Source: an uncultured Pelagibacteraceae bacterium
Lineage (GTDB): Bacteria > Pseudomonadota > Alphaproteobacteria > Pelagibacterales > Pelagibacteraceae
Length of the DNA: 64,000 nucleotides
Assembly (NCBI GenBank): GCA_902574705.1
Contig: CACGOM010000003.1
Coordinates: forward strand, 12,405 to 76,404
Direction: 5' to 3'
The notes below the pieces were generated by a model. The model searched no databases and was not told the DNA's origin. It saw only the letters and a program-made list of their open reading frames with translations. The translations under genes were made by a program, and so were the position numbers. Position 1 is the stretch's first letter. Every line of letters begins with the position of its first letter. Shown piece after piece: positions 31,497 to 41,544 of the stretch.

Positions 31497-32483
31497 ATGA
31501 AAACAAATATATTAAAAAAATTATTTGTAAAGATAATAAAAGCTCTTGGATTTGAGATAATAGATCAAAATCAATTTAAATCTCCAACACTAGGTAAAGA
31601 ACTTAATCAACAACTTTCCAATATTAATAAATCAATTATCTTACCACTTGGTGAGGTTAAACTTACTAGAAAAATTTCGTCACTTTTAATTATTTTTAGG
31701 ACCAATTCTAATATTGAGATATGGGACCAAAATAAAAAAAGAATATTTGAAAAAGATAAAATTGAATATGTAAAAAGATCTTTAAATTCTTTAATTAAAG
31801 CTATTAAATATTTAAAGGAAAATTATAATTCAATAAAAGTAGATATTAAAATAGTAGATGATAATTCTACTAAAGAAAATCTTAATATACTTAAGTCTAT
31901 TTTAGATAAGTCGAGTCAGAATTATGAAATAATTAATCATAATAATTCTGAGCATAAAAATATAATTAAAGATCAAAAATCAAAAGATACATTTTCAAAT
32001 CTTTCAAGTTTACTTAAATCCTTTGAAATAGGAAAAAAAAGTGGGGAAGATTTGATATATTTTATTGAAGATGATTATTTACATTTTAGATCCTCTTTAG
32101 AGGAAATGATTGGAACCTATGAGAGAATAGCTTCTCAAATTGAGAAGGATCTAATCGTATGTCCATCAGATTATCCATATCTTTATATGAATAATGAGAA
32201 AACTAATATTTTAATTGGCAGCAAGAGACATTGGAGGACAATAAATAAGTCACTTTGTTCAATAATGACTTCAAAAAATATTTTAGATAAGTACTGGGAC
32301 AATTTTTATCAAAATTGTTTGGATAGACACGATCCATTTGAAAAATATCTAAATCAAATTTATGAAAAAGAAATTTGTATTTCTCCAATAAAATCGCTAT
32401 CTATCCATATGACAAATGTTAATTCAAGCTATGGCTTATCTCCATTTATTAATTACAAATCACTCTGGCAAGAAAATGAATAA
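31497..32483 (+). CDS. GT-A fold glycosyltransferase-like protein
   Basis: IVDDNST and YFIEDDYLH (DxD-like) motifs. Confidence 0.6.
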   Translation: MKTNILKKLFVKIIKALGFEIIDQNQFKSPTLGKELNQQLSNINKSIILPLGEVKLTRKISSLLIIFRTNSNIEIWDQNKKRIFEKDKIEYVKRSLNSLIKAIKYLKENYNSIKVDIKIVDDNSTKENLNILKSILDKSSQNYEIINHNNSEHKNIIKDQKSKDTFSNLSSLLKSFEIGKKSGEDLIYFIEDDYLHFRSSLEEMIGTYERIASQIEKDLIVCPSDYPYLYMNNEKTNILIGSKRHWRTINKSLCSIMTSKNILDKYWDNFYQNCLDRHDPFEKYLNQIYEKEICISPIKSLSIHMTNVNSSYGLSPFINYKSLWQENE

Positions 32484-32945
32484 ATGGCAAATTTAGTAGG
32501 AAAAAAAGCTCCTAATTTTAAACTAATCTCAACTTCTGGTAAAATTGTTGAACTAAGCAAAATCAAGTCTAATTATATTGTATTATATTTCTATCCTAAA
32601 GACGATACTCCTGGATGTACTCTTGAAACCAAAGATTTTAATTCTTTGCTATCAAGTTTTAAGAAGGCTAAATGCGAAGTATATGGAATATCCAAAGACA
32701 ATATAAATAGTCACAAAAAATTTAAGGAAAAATATAAAATTAAATTTGAATTACTTTCTGACGAAGAAAAAAAAACCATTAAATCTTATAAAACATGGGG
32801 TAAAAAAAAGTTTATGGGAAGAGAATTCATGGGTCAAATTAGAAGTACTTTTTTAATAAAAGATAACAAGATTTTGAATGAATGGCGAAACGTAAGAGTT
32901 AAGGATCACGCTAAAGAGGTTTTAAATTTCCTCAAAGATAATTAA
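32484..32945 (+). CDS. bcp: Peroxiredoxin Bcp/PrxQ
   Basis: YFYPKDDTPGCT motif. Confidence 0.93.
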   Translation: MANLVGKKAPNFKLISTSGKIVELSKIKSNYIVLYFYPKDDTPGCTLETKDFNSLLSSFKKAKCEVYGISKDNINSHKKFKEKYKIKFELLSDEEKKTIKSYKTWGKKKFMGREFMGQIRSTFLIKDNKILNEWRNVRVKDHAKEVLNFLKDN

Positions 32946-32947
32946 AA

Positions 32948-32975
32948 AAAAAGGCCCGTATTATCGGGCCTTTTT
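32948..32975. terminator. Bidirectional intrinsic terminator between bcp and amtB
   Basis: AAAAAGGCCCG-TATTAT-CGGGCCTTTTT. Confidence 0.88.
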
Positions 32976-33004
32976 AATTGTTAACATAAAAGGGAGAATG
33001 TTAA

Positions 33005-34300
33005 CTAATCTCTTATTGCGTATGCAATCACTCCTGTTTCAGTAACGTCAGTACCTTTAAGTTCACCTTCTTTACTTAATCTAATACCAAAAGTATTTTT
33101 CATAAGAAACCAGATGACAAACGATACAGCAAATACAAAGACATTGATTGAGACTACACCAAGTAACTGAGTGCCAAACGAAGTATCAGGATTTGTAATT
33201 GGAACAGCTAAGGTTCCCCAAATACCTGCAAACAAGTGAGCTGGAATTGCACCAACAACATCATCAATTTTTAATGATAATAGGAATTTAGTACCGTAAA
33301 CAACAATTACTCCACCTACAGCTCCTATCAAAATTGCAGCTAAAGGTGATGGCATTAGAGGTTCGGCAGTAATTGCAACTAATCCACCAATACATCCATT
33401 TAACATTTGAACAACATCAGTTTTACCAAATGCTAATCTTGTAACTACAGCCGCTGCCATTACTCCTCCAGCACCTGCTAAGAATGTGTTCATAAATATT
33501 GTTGATACTGCTATTGCATCGTCGGCTGTACCCATTGCTAGTTGTGAACCACCGTTAAATCCAAACCAACCTAACCATAGAATAAATATTCCAATAGTTA
33601 CTAAAGGTATCGATGATGCTGCGAAAGGTTTAATGGGAGCTGCCTCACCACTTTTTGTAAATCTTCCTAATCTTGGACCTAGCAACATAACACCCGCTAG
33701 AGCTGCTGCTCCACCAGTTGAATGTACTAAAGTCGATCCTGCAAAATCAGAAAAACCGGCAGATGCTAACCATCCACCTCCCCACTGCCAACCCATAACA
33801 ATTGGATAAATAATTCCTGATAAAATTGCAGCGAATAAAAAGAATGGCCATAATTTTATTCTTTCAGCCATTGTTCCTGAAACAATTGATACAGTTGTTG
33901 CGCAGAATACCATCTGGAAGTACCAATCTGAACCGTCTGAATAACCAGTATCTACTGCACTCGCGTCCGACCACGGTAAGAATTTTCCTATATAACCACC
34001 TTCCGGTATACCGTAAGCTAGGTTATAACCAAACATCCAAAACATTATTCCTGCAATTGAAAATAAACCAATATTTTTAGCGCAAATAACTGACACACTT
34101 TTTGATGTCACCATTCCTGCTTCAAGCATAGCAAATCCTGCGGCCATAAACATGACCAAAAATCCACAAACTAAAAATAAAAACGTATTAAATATAAATC
34201 CTACTTCAGCTGAAACTGTAGTTTCTGCTGCTGCTGGCATTATAAACCATAATGACAACCCAACTGTAAGTAAGGATAATTTTTTTATAAATTTAAACAT
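33005..34300 (-). CDS. amtB: Ammonium transporter
   Basis: DFAGSTLVH, WLGWFGFNGGS and DDVVGAIPAH motifs. Confidence 0.96.
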   Translation of the reverse strand: MFKFIKKLSLLTVGLSLWFIMPAAAETTVSAEVGFIFNTFLFLVCGFLVMFMAAGFAMLEAGMVTSKSVSVICAKNIGLFSIAGIMFWMFGYNLAYGIPEGGYIGKFLPWSDASAVDTGYSDGSDWYFQMVFCATTVSIVSGTMAERIKLWPFFLFAAILSGIIYPIVMGWQWGGGWLASAGFSDFAGSTLVHSTGGAAALAGVMLLGPRLGRFTKSGEAAPIKPFAASSIPLVTIGIFILWLGWFGFNGGSQLAMGTADDAIAVSTIFMNTFLAGAGGVMAAAVVTRLAFGKTDVVQMLNGCIGGLVAITAEPLMPSPLAAILIGAVGGVIVVYGTKFLLSLKIDDVVGAIPAHLFAGIWGTLAVPITNPDTSFGTQLLGVVSINVFVFAVSFVIWFLMKNTFGIRLSKEGELKGTDVTETGVIAYAIRD

Positions 34301-34376
34301 ATATCTCCTTAAAATTAATTTGAGATTTTTATATTTAAAAAAATTTTTAAAACTATTGATTATGTAGAAAAATAGG

Positions 34377-34393
34377 TATGCAGTTTTTGCATA
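34377..34393. promoter_or_regulatory. Palindrome upstream of amtB, candidate nitrogen-regulator operator
   Basis: TATGCA-GTTTT-TGCATA. Confidence 0.35.
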
Positions 34394-34396
34394 TAG

Positions 34397-34437
34397 AAAC
34401 AGCCTTTACTAATTTTAATTATTAATAAAGGCTGTTT
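34397..34437 (-). terminator. Hairpin/terminator after the HU gene
   Basis: 12-bp inverted repeat AAACAGCCTTTA / TAAAGGCTGTTT. Confidence 0.7.
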
Positions 34438-34446
34438 AAAAAAGAA

Positions 34447-34722
34447 TTATCGGTTGAAGACTTCTTTAAGCGCTTTGGCTGGTAAAAATTTTACCTTTTG
34501 AGAAGCAGCGATTTGTATTTGTTCACCAGTTCTTGGGTTTCTACCAACTCTAGCTTTTCTTTTAGCTACTTTATAAGTACCAAAACCAGCAATTTTTACT
34601 GAATCGTCATTTTTCAATGCGTCCAAAATAGTGTTGGTAATAGTATCAAAAGTACGCTCTGCATCAGCTTTGCTTTGATTTAGCTTGTCTGATAGTTTTG
34701 CTACTAGTTGTTTCTTGTTCAT
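34447..34722 (-). CDS. hup: HU family DNA-binding protein
   Basis: MNKKQL, GFGTY and GRNPRTGE motifs. Confidence 0.95.
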   Translation of the reverse strand: MNKKQLVAKLSDKLNQSKADAERTFDTITNTILDALKNDDSVKIAGFGTYKVAKRKARVGRNPRTGEQIQIAASQKVKFLPAKALKEVFNR

Positions 34723-34808
34723 TTTTAGCTCCAGTGTTAGGTTATTTACACTTTTTTATAAAATCCTTGATTTTTCAAGCTTTTTTTTTGTGTTTATTAT
34801 GATTTATT

Positions 34809-34824
34809 ACACAACATATTGTGC
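34809..34824. promoter_or_regulatory. NrdR-box-like element upstream of the HU gene
   Basis: ACACAACATATTGTGC matches the idealised palindrome ACACAATATATTGTGT at 14/16. Confidence 0.4.
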
Positions 34825-34873
34825 TCTAAAAGTGTTGATTTTATTGGCTTTTAATTAAATTAATCAAAATCCC

Positions 34874-35983
34874 TTAAAATAAGCCAATATCTTTAAGGTC
34901 ATTAAAGGTTGCAAAAAACATTAAAGATAACAATAAAAACATTCCGATTCGAAAGAAACCTTCTTGTGTTTTTTGACTTAAAGGACGTCCTAAAACTTTT
35001 TCAAATCCATAAAACATTAAATGACCTCCATCCAACATTGGTATTGGAAATAAGTTAATTAATCCAAGACTTATTGAAATGTAAGCCATCATACTTAAAA
35101 AGGGTATTATTCCGAATTCTGCTACTTGGCCTGATATTTTAGCTATACGAATTGGCCCTCCTAATTGCGAACTATCACCCTTTCCAACCAGCATTGATCC
35201 TAAATATTTTAATGTAGATGTGGTTACAAAATATACCTCACCAACTGAGTGCATTAATGCTTGAGCAGGGCCTAATTTTTTATGATTTATCTCATTTTTG
35301 TAAGGACTTAACTTAATACCGATCATTCTTTTATTAATCTTGTTTCCTAGATTATCTTCAGCAAGAACTAAATTTGGTTTTATTTTAAATAAAATTTCTT
35401 GATCATATCTTAAGACTTTAAAATCAATATATTCAGATGTGGACATTGCAATAAGTTTTGAAACATCCAAGATGCTCTCTACCTTATTATTATCAATCTC
35501 TAAAATAACATCATTTTTCATCAGTCCAGCTACTTCTGCAGGACTATCTTTCTGTACTTCATCAATTAATGCTGGGGTAAAGTCTTTACCAACAAACATA
35601 TAAATTGATAAGAAAATAACAATTGCTAATAAGAAATTAGCTAAAGGACCACCAAATACAATTAAAGACCTTTGGTATAATGGCTTTGTTACAAATAATT
35701 TTTCTTGGTCTTCTTTGCTATATTTTTTAAGCAATTCCTCTTGGTCTGCTTGAGAAAATACATTTCTGTCACCAAAGAATTTTACATACCCTCCTAAAGG
35801 TATCCAGCAAATCTTCCAACGAGTTCCTGATTTATCATTCCAACCAATTAATTCTTTTCCAAAACCTATTGAAAAATCCGTAACTCCTACACCATATCTT
35901 CTTGCAAAATAATAATGTCCGTATTCATGAATAAAAACAACTACAAGTATTAAAACGATAAAAGGGATGACAAAATCAAACAT
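34874..35983 (-). CDS. rseP: RIP metalloprotease RseP (M50)
   Basis: HEYGH, PDZ domain and NLFPIPMLDGG motifs. Confidence 0.92.
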   Translation of the reverse strand: MFDFVIPFIVLILVVVFIHEYGHYYFARRYGVGVTDFSIGFGKELIGWNDKSGTRWKICWIPLGGYVKFFGDRNVFSQADQEELLKKYSKEDQEKLFVTKPLYQRSLIVFGGPLANFLLAIVIFLSIYMFVGKDFTPALIDEVQKDSPAEVAGLMKNDVILEIDNNKVESILDVSKLIAMSTSEYIDFKVLRYDQEILFKIKPNLVLAEDNLGNKINKRMIGIKLSPYKNEINHKKLGPAQALMHSVGEVYFVTTSTLKYLGSMLVGKGDSSQLGGPIRIAKISGQVAEFGIIPFLSMMAYISISLGLINLFPIPMLDGGHLMFYGFEKVLGRPLSQKTQEGFFRIGMFLLLSLMFFATFNDLKDIGLF

Positions 35984-36044
35984 TTAAAACTTTACAATAT
36001 TTAAAAATCGTTAACAATGCGTCATTATTTAATAAATTAGTCAT

Positions 36045-37208
36045 TTAAAAGAGTTTTCCTTGCATACTATGCTCGTACATAGCTCTCATATCATCTACTG
36101 TTAATTTTTTTGGATTTCCTCCAGTAGATGGGTCAGCTAAAGCCATTTTTGACAATCTTTCAATGTCAAAATCTTTTTCATCTATAACCTCTGATAGTTT
36201 ATGAGGAATATTTAATTCTTTTCTTAAACCTAATACCCAATTTAAAAATCCATCAAATGAAATATCTTTTAAATCTAAATACTCAGAAAGTTTTATTATT
36301 CTCTGTTCAATTTCTTTCCTATTAAATGTCAAAACATAAGGCATAAATATTGCATTTGATAAACCGTGATGAACATTATTTAATGAGTTAACTGGATGAC
36401 TTAACGAATGAATTGCACCTAGTCCCTTTTGAAATGCAGTTGATCCCATGCTTGCAGCAGTAAGCATATTCATTCTTGCTTCCAAATCTTTTCCATTTTT
36501 CACAGCTTTTAAAAGCCACTGATTAATTAATCTCATTCCTTCTAATGCAATTCCATCAGCCATTGGATGAAATCCTGGAGCACAGTATGCCTCTAGACAA
36601 TGTGCTAACGCATCCATACCAGTTGCTGCAGTAATTTTAGGAGGTAAATCTAAAGTTAAAACTGGATCAAGAATTACAATTGAAGGTAAAAATTTTGGAT
36701 GAAAAATAATTTTTTTTTCACCAGTCTTTTCATTTAATATAACTGATGCTCTTCCAGTTTCCGAACCAGTGCCCGCAGTAGTGGGAACAGCAACGATTGG
36801 AGCTATCGCATCCGAATTTGCTTTAGACCAGTTATCACCTATATCTTCAAATTCCCAAATAGATAAAGTTTGACCAGACATAAAAGCTATTGCTTTTCCA
36901 ACATCTAAACCACTTCCTCCTCCGAAAGCTATTACACCGTCACATTTATTATTTTTGTAAAACTCAACACCTTTCTCTACATTTGAGCCTGTTGGGTTGC
37001 CAACTACATTTGAAAAAACTTCTACAGCTAAATTTTCTTTTTTAAGTAAAGTAACTGCCTCTTCAATAATTTTACTTTTTGCTAAACCATTATCAGTAAC
37101 TAGCAGTGGTTTATTGATATTCAATTTTTTACATGCAGAACCTAAATCTTTGATACGATTTTCCCCAACCCACATTGTTGTTGGATAGTTCCAATTATAA
37201 TTTTGCAT
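36045..37208 (-). CDS. Iron-containing alcohol dehydrogenase
   Basis: GGGSGLD, PTTAGTGSE, DALAH and HSLSH motifs. Confidence 0.92.
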   Translation of the reverse strand: MQNYNWNYPTTMWVGENRIKDLGSACKKLNINKPLLVTDNGLAKSKIIEEAVTLLKKENLAVEVFSNVVGNPTGSNVEKGVEFYKNNKCDGVIAFGGGSGLDVGKAIAFMSGQTLSIWEFEDIGDNWSKANSDAIAPIVAVPTTAGTGSETGRASVILNEKTGEKKIIFHPKFLPSIVILDPVLTLDLPPKITAATGMDALAHCLEAYCAPGFHPMADGIALEGMRLINQWLLKAVKNGKDLEARMNMLTAASMGSTAFQKGLGAIHSLSHPVNSLNNVHHGLSNAIFMPYVLTFNRKEIEQRIIKLSEYLDLKDISFDGFLNWVLGLRKELNIPHKLSEVIDEKDFDIERLSKMALADPSTGGNPKKLTVDDMRAMYEHSMQGKLF

Positions 37209-37229
37209 AATGTAAAGTTATTAAGATTA

Positions 37230-38678
37230 TTATTTTCTTATATCATAATCTTTAATTTTCCACACAACTAATGGTGCAAAAGTTGCCACTACAAACGAGG
37301 AAAATAATAAGGATTGTGAAATAAAATCAGGAAACATATTTGTTGGAAAAATAATCCCTGCTAATATCGATTTTGAAAAATCAGTACTTGGAAATAAAAG
37401 TAAACCCATCATTAAACCAAATAAAATTGAAACATAAGCTTTTTTCTCACTAAACTTTTTATTATAAAATCCATAAAAAACACTCATCACTGCTGCACAG
37501 CAAAGCAAGTCAGCTAATAAAAATAAATATAAAATACTTAATCCTTTTGATGCAATAACAAAGGCAATTATTGATAATATAATTATTATTTGTTTAGAAA
37601 ATTTAAGATAATCCTTTCTACCTTTAAATACCTTATGTCCATCAACTATAATCAAACTTGAAACTGCATTAATTAAAGTATCGATACTGCTTACAGTTAA
37701 AGATATAGCTAGTATCACAATTATAATTGATAACTGAATTCCATTTTCTTTCAATATAAGTGAAAAGAATGCAAGATCTGGAATTACAGTTTCATTTTGT
37801 GAAACTGATATTAGACCAGAAAATCCCATTAAAAAAACAATAGGAAGAATAATTACAAAAGAAAAAATTAAACTTTTTTTTAATACATCATTATTTTTTG
37901 CAGCATATACTCTTTGCCAATTACCCTGATGGAATAAATTTGTTGCAGCTACTGCTATAAAAAAAGTTAATCCAGCAGTAAAATTAGGCAAATAATTTGA
38001 GCTTAACAAATAAGGTTTATTTTCATTTATAAAATCAAAATTAAAATATCCTGAATTTATTGAAAGTAAATTTGTAAAAACAATTAATAATAATATTAAA
38101 AATATCACAAATTGAATATTGTCAGTAAAAAGTGAAGCACGAAGGCCTCCATATAAAGTATAGATTAAAGAAGATGTTACAACTATACCGGCTGTAATCC
38201 ATAAACTTGTTCCTGAAATATATTTTACTAAAAGAGAAACTGCGGTTACCTCAGCTATTAAAAAAATTGTCATGTAAAAAATTGATAAAAACAAAATCAA
38301 TTTGAATAATTTATTTCCGTATCGTGATCTAATGACCTCAATTAAAGTTTTTCCTTTTGAATAATTTTTTCTAAATTTTTCTCCTAAATAAATTAATATG
38401 AATAAAGGAAATGCAGTTCCTAATGCATAACCTATTACAGCACCAATTCCGCCCCATGTCGCAGCAGATGCTGGCCCAAAAAGTATCCAAGCTCCAAGAG
38501 CAGAAGCTACCAAACTTGATGTTAAAGAAAAAACTCCAACTGATCTATTTGCTAATAGATAGTTGTTAAGACCTTGGTGTTTTTTTGAATAAGATATTCC
38601 AATTACTATAAATAATAAGCTTATTCCTAATGTAATTATTATTGCAGTTGATTGGTTTATTAAATTAAGTTGATCCAT
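37230..38678 (-). CDS. thiV: Sodium:solute symporter, ThiV-type thiamin-precursor (HMP) transporter
   Basis: SSS motifs (YTLYGGLRA..TD.IQ, WQRVYAAK) with a TPP riboswitch directly upstream. Confidence 0.8.
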   Translation of the reverse strand: MDQLNLINQSTAIIITLGISLLFIVIGISYSKKHQGLNNYLLANRSVGVFSLTSSLVASALGAWILFGPASAATWGGIGAVIGYALGTAFPLFILIYLGEKFRKNYSKGKTLIEVIRSRYGNKLFKLILFLSIFYMTIFLIAEVTAVSLLVKYISGTSLWITAGIVVTSSLIYTLYGGLRASLFTDNIQFVIFLILLLIVFTNLLSINSGYFNFDFINENKPYLLSSNYLPNFTAGLTFFIAVAATNLFHQGNWQRVYAAKNNDVLKKSLIFSFVIILPIVFLMGFSGLISVSQNETVIPDLAFFSLILKENGIQLSIIIVILAISLTVSSIDTLINAVSSLIIVDGHKVFKGRKDYLKFSKQIIIILSIIAFVIASKGLSILYLFLLADLLCCAAVMSVFYGFYNKKFSEKKAYVSILFGLMMGLLLFPSTDFSKSILAGIIFPTNMFPDFISQSLLFSSFVVATFAPLVVWKIKDYDIRK

Positions 38679-38680
38679 GT

Positions 38681-38745
38681 TCTCCCTTTCTGAATTACCG
38701 GACAGGTTCTAAGGGTATATCTCAGCCTTAAAGGCACCCCTTTTT
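38681..38745 (-). ncRNA. TPP riboswitch (compact, variant)
   Basis: Reverse complement AAGGGGTGCCTTTAAGGCTGAGATATACCCTTAGAACCTGTCCGGTAATTCAGAAAGGGAGA has the GGGGTGC, GCTGAGA, TACCC, ACCTG and TAAT hallmarks and ends on the SD. Confidence 0.88.
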
Positions 38746-39513
38746 TTAACTCTTTATAGTATATCCTTTTTTAAGAACATATGCGACAACTGAAATACAA
38801 AGAACTAAAAAGAAAATCATTGAAGCGATACTAATCCAAATATTAAAGTCTGATGCTCCATAAAAAGCAAATCTCAAGCCATTAATTAAATAAACAACTG
38901 GGTTGAAATAAGTAACCATTTGCCAAAACGGAGGTAGCATATCTAAAGAATATAAACTTCCACCTAAAAACACCATTGGGGTTATAACTAATGTAGGGAT
39001 TATAGACATTTGCTCAAAATTAGAACTTAGTAAGCCAATTAGAAAGCCAAATAATGCAAATGTAAATGCTACAAGCACAAGTAAAAATATCATTAATAAA
39101 GGATGAAGAATTGAAACTTCTACAAAAAAGTTTGACGTAGCTAAAATTACTGCTCCAATAATTAATGTTTTAGTTGCTCCTGCACCTACGAAAGCAAGCA
39201 CCATTTCAAAAGTAGATATTGGTGCAGCAAGTATTTCATAGAGCGACCCATTAAATTTAGGGAAAAAAATTCCAAACGAAGTGTTGCTTATTGACTGAGT
39301 TAATAAAGTTAACATAATCAATCCAGGAACAATATAAGATCCATAACTAATACCATCTATATTTTGAACATAGTTTCCAATTACTGAGCCAAAGACAATA
39401 AAATAAAGTGAAGTTGATAATACCGGAGATATTAATGACTGTAACAATGTTCTTCTAAATCGATCCATTTCATGAAGATAAATTGCTCTAAATCCGTAAT
39501 AATTAATTCTCAT
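38746..39513 (-). CDS. ABC-2 type transporter permease (YadH-like)
   Basis: [12 protein letters not shown] and [11 protein letters not shown] motifs. Confidence 0.9.
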   Translation of the reverse strand: MRINYYGFRAIYLHEMDRFRRTLLQSLISPVLSTSLYFIVFGSVIGNYVQNIDGISYGSYIVPGLIMLTLLTQSISNTSFGIFFPKFNGSLYEILAAPISTFEMVLAFVGAGATKTLIIGAVILATSNFFVEVSILHPLLMIFLLVLVAFTFALFGFLIGLLSSNFEQMSIIPTLVITPMVFLGGSLYSLDMLPPFWQMVTYFNPVVYLINGLRFAFYGASDFNIWISIASMIFFLVLCISVVAYVLKKGYTIKS

Positions 39514-40438
39514 TATTTTCCTTTACTAAAGTTACAAATATTTTTTCAAGTGTACTTTCTTCTGTTTTTAGATCTTTAAGCTTCAATCCTTGATCTCTTA
39601 TGTCTTGAAGAAGATTTGTAATTCCTGTTCTTTGCTTTTGAGTATCATATGAGTAGGTTAACGAAAGTTTATTGCCACTTAATTCAAGATCATATTTACT
39701 TAAACTTTCTGGAATAGTGTCTGTTTTTTCGTGTAAATCAATCCTAAGTTTTTTTCTTCCCATTTTGTTCAAAAGATCTTTTTTTTGGTCAACTACAATT
39801 ATTTCTCCATTATTTATTACTGCAACTCTGTCTGCAATAGCTTCTGCCTCTTCAATATAATGAGTGGTTAAAATTATTGTTACACCACTTTCTCTTAGTG
39901 CCTCTACTGATTTCCACATATCTTTTCTTAATTCTACGTCTACACCAGCTGTAGGCTCATCCAAAAATAAAATTGAGGGTTTGTGGGATAAAGCTTTTGC
40001 GATAAGCACTCTTCTCTTCATTCCACCTGATAACTGTCTTAGAATATTATCTTTTTTATCCCAAAGAGATAATTTTTTTAATACAGTTTCAATATACTTA
40101 GGATCTGGAGCTTTACCGTATAATCCTCTTGTGAAAGAAACATTATTAAATACAGTCTCAAAGTTTTCTAAAGTTAATTCTTGAGGGACTAAACCAATCT
40201 TAGATCTAGTTTGTCTGTAATCATTAATTATATCAAATCCATCAACATTAACTTTTCCAGATGAAGGTGTAACGATTCCACAAATAATACTTATTAATGT
40301 TGTTTTGCCAGCACCGTTTGGCCCAAGCATAGCAAGTATCTCACCCTTTTTTATATTTAAACTTACGTTATTTAGAGCTTTCAATCCGTTTTTATAAGTT
40401 TTTGATAAATTATTTATTGATATTAAATCTTCAGACAT
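39503..40438 (-). CDS. ABC transporter ATP-binding protein (YadG-like)
   Basis: [16 protein letters not shown] and LDEPTAGVD motifs. Confidence 0.92.
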   Translation of the reverse strand: MSEDLISINNLSKTYKNGLKALNNVSLNIKKGEILAMLGPNGAGKTTLISIICGIVTPSSGKVNVDGFDIINDYRQTRSKIGLVPQELTLENFETVFNNVSFTRGLYGKAPDPKYIETVLKKLSLWDKKDNILRQLSGGMKRRVLIAKALSHKPSILFLDEPTAGVDVELRKDMWKSVEALRESGVTIILTTHYIEEAEAIADRVAVINNGEIIVVDQKKDLLNKMGRKKLRIDLHEKTDTIPESLSKYDLELSGNKLSLTYSYDTQKQRTGITNLLQDIRDQGLKLKDLKTEESTLEKIFVTLVKENNEN

Positions 40439-40447
40439 TCCGCATTT

Positions 40448-40474
40448 ATATAGTTTTTTTTATTATTATTACAA
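40448..40474 (-). promoter_or_regulatory. Putative RpoH-type promoter of the YadGH-like ABC operon
   Basis: Minus strand TTG-N18-CTATAT. Confidence 0.4.
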
Positions 40475-40488
40475 CATAGGGATTATAG

Positions 40489-41544
40489 CTAATCTTTTGA
40501 CATTCTCCATATTTCACCATAATCACTTAACATTAAAATTTTCCCGTTTAGATCTTGTTTTACATCCCTAATTCTACCAATTGTATTTTTGAAAAGTATT
40601 TCTTCCTCAATAAATGTGTTTTCCTCAAAATTTAATCTTCTTAACGATTGGTGTTTTAAAGATGCTATCAATGCTTGCCCTTTCCATTCAGGAAATTCAT
40701 CTCCGCTATAAATTAAGCAAGCTGATGTTGCTATTGATGGTACGTAATATTTTATTGGTCTGTCGTATCCAGGCAGCCATTCTGGACCTCCTGGTAGACC
40801 CGAATATTTAGTGCCACCCCAATAAAGTTTATCCCAACCATAATTTCCACCTTTATTTACTCTCCCAAACCAATCTCCGCCTCTTGCGCCATGATTTGTC
40901 ATATAAACATTATTATCATAAGGAGACAAGCACATGCCTTGAACATTTCTAATTCCAATTTGATAAATTTCAGGTAGCCAATCTGTTTTATCTAAAAACT
41001 TTGGATTATCTTTTGGTATTGATCCATTTGTTTTTATCCGAATAATGCTTCCAGGATGTTTAGTGGGATCTTGAGCTATTATACCTCCACCTCTTTCTCC
41101 TGATGAAATATAAATATCGTCTTCTTTTATCACTATTCTTGATCCAAAATGATATCCGCTTTTAATAGAAGGTGTTGATCTAAATAAGTTTGAAAAATTT
41201 AATTCATTTTCATTATATTTTGCTCTTGCTAAGGAGGTTGATGTAAATCCATTCGTAATATGTTCTGAATAAGTTACATAGACATAATTTTTTTCAAAAA
41301 AAATATCTAACAAACCTCCTTGACCATCCTCTAATACATCTAAATTATGTTTTATAGTTTTAGAGGTATTTTTAACTTCATTAAATAGAATTATATTTCC
41401 TGGTTTTTCTGTAATTAGATATTTTCCATCATTAACAATAGATAATGACCACGGACTGTTAAGTCCGTCTTTAATTTTTGTTAAATTAATTTCTGCAAAT
41501 ACATTTGTGCTTAAAAATATAAATAAAATTAAAACCTTTTTCAT
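40489..41544 (-). CDS. PQQ-dependent sugar (soluble aldose) dehydrogenase
   Basis: Signal peptide; GQGGLLD, HFGSRI, GIRNVQG and GRIRDV motifs. Confidence 0.88.
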   Translation of the reverse strand: MKKVLILFIFLSTNVFAEINLTKIKDGLNSPWSLSIVNDGKYLITEKPGNIILFNEVKNTSKTIKHNLDVLEDGQGGLLDIFFEKNYVYVTYSEHITNGFTSTSLARAKYNENELNFSNLFRSTPSIKSGYHFGSRIVIKEDDIYISSGERGGGIIAQDPTKHPGSIIRIKTNGSIPKDNPKFLDKTDWLPEIYQIGIRNVQGMCLSPYDNNVYMTNHGARGGDWFGRVNKGGNYGWDKLYWGGTKYSGLPGGPEWLPGYDRPIKYYVPSIATSACLIYSGDEFPEWKGQALIASLKHQSLRRLNFEENTFIEEEILFKNTIGRIRDVKQDLNGKILMLSDYGEIWRMSKD

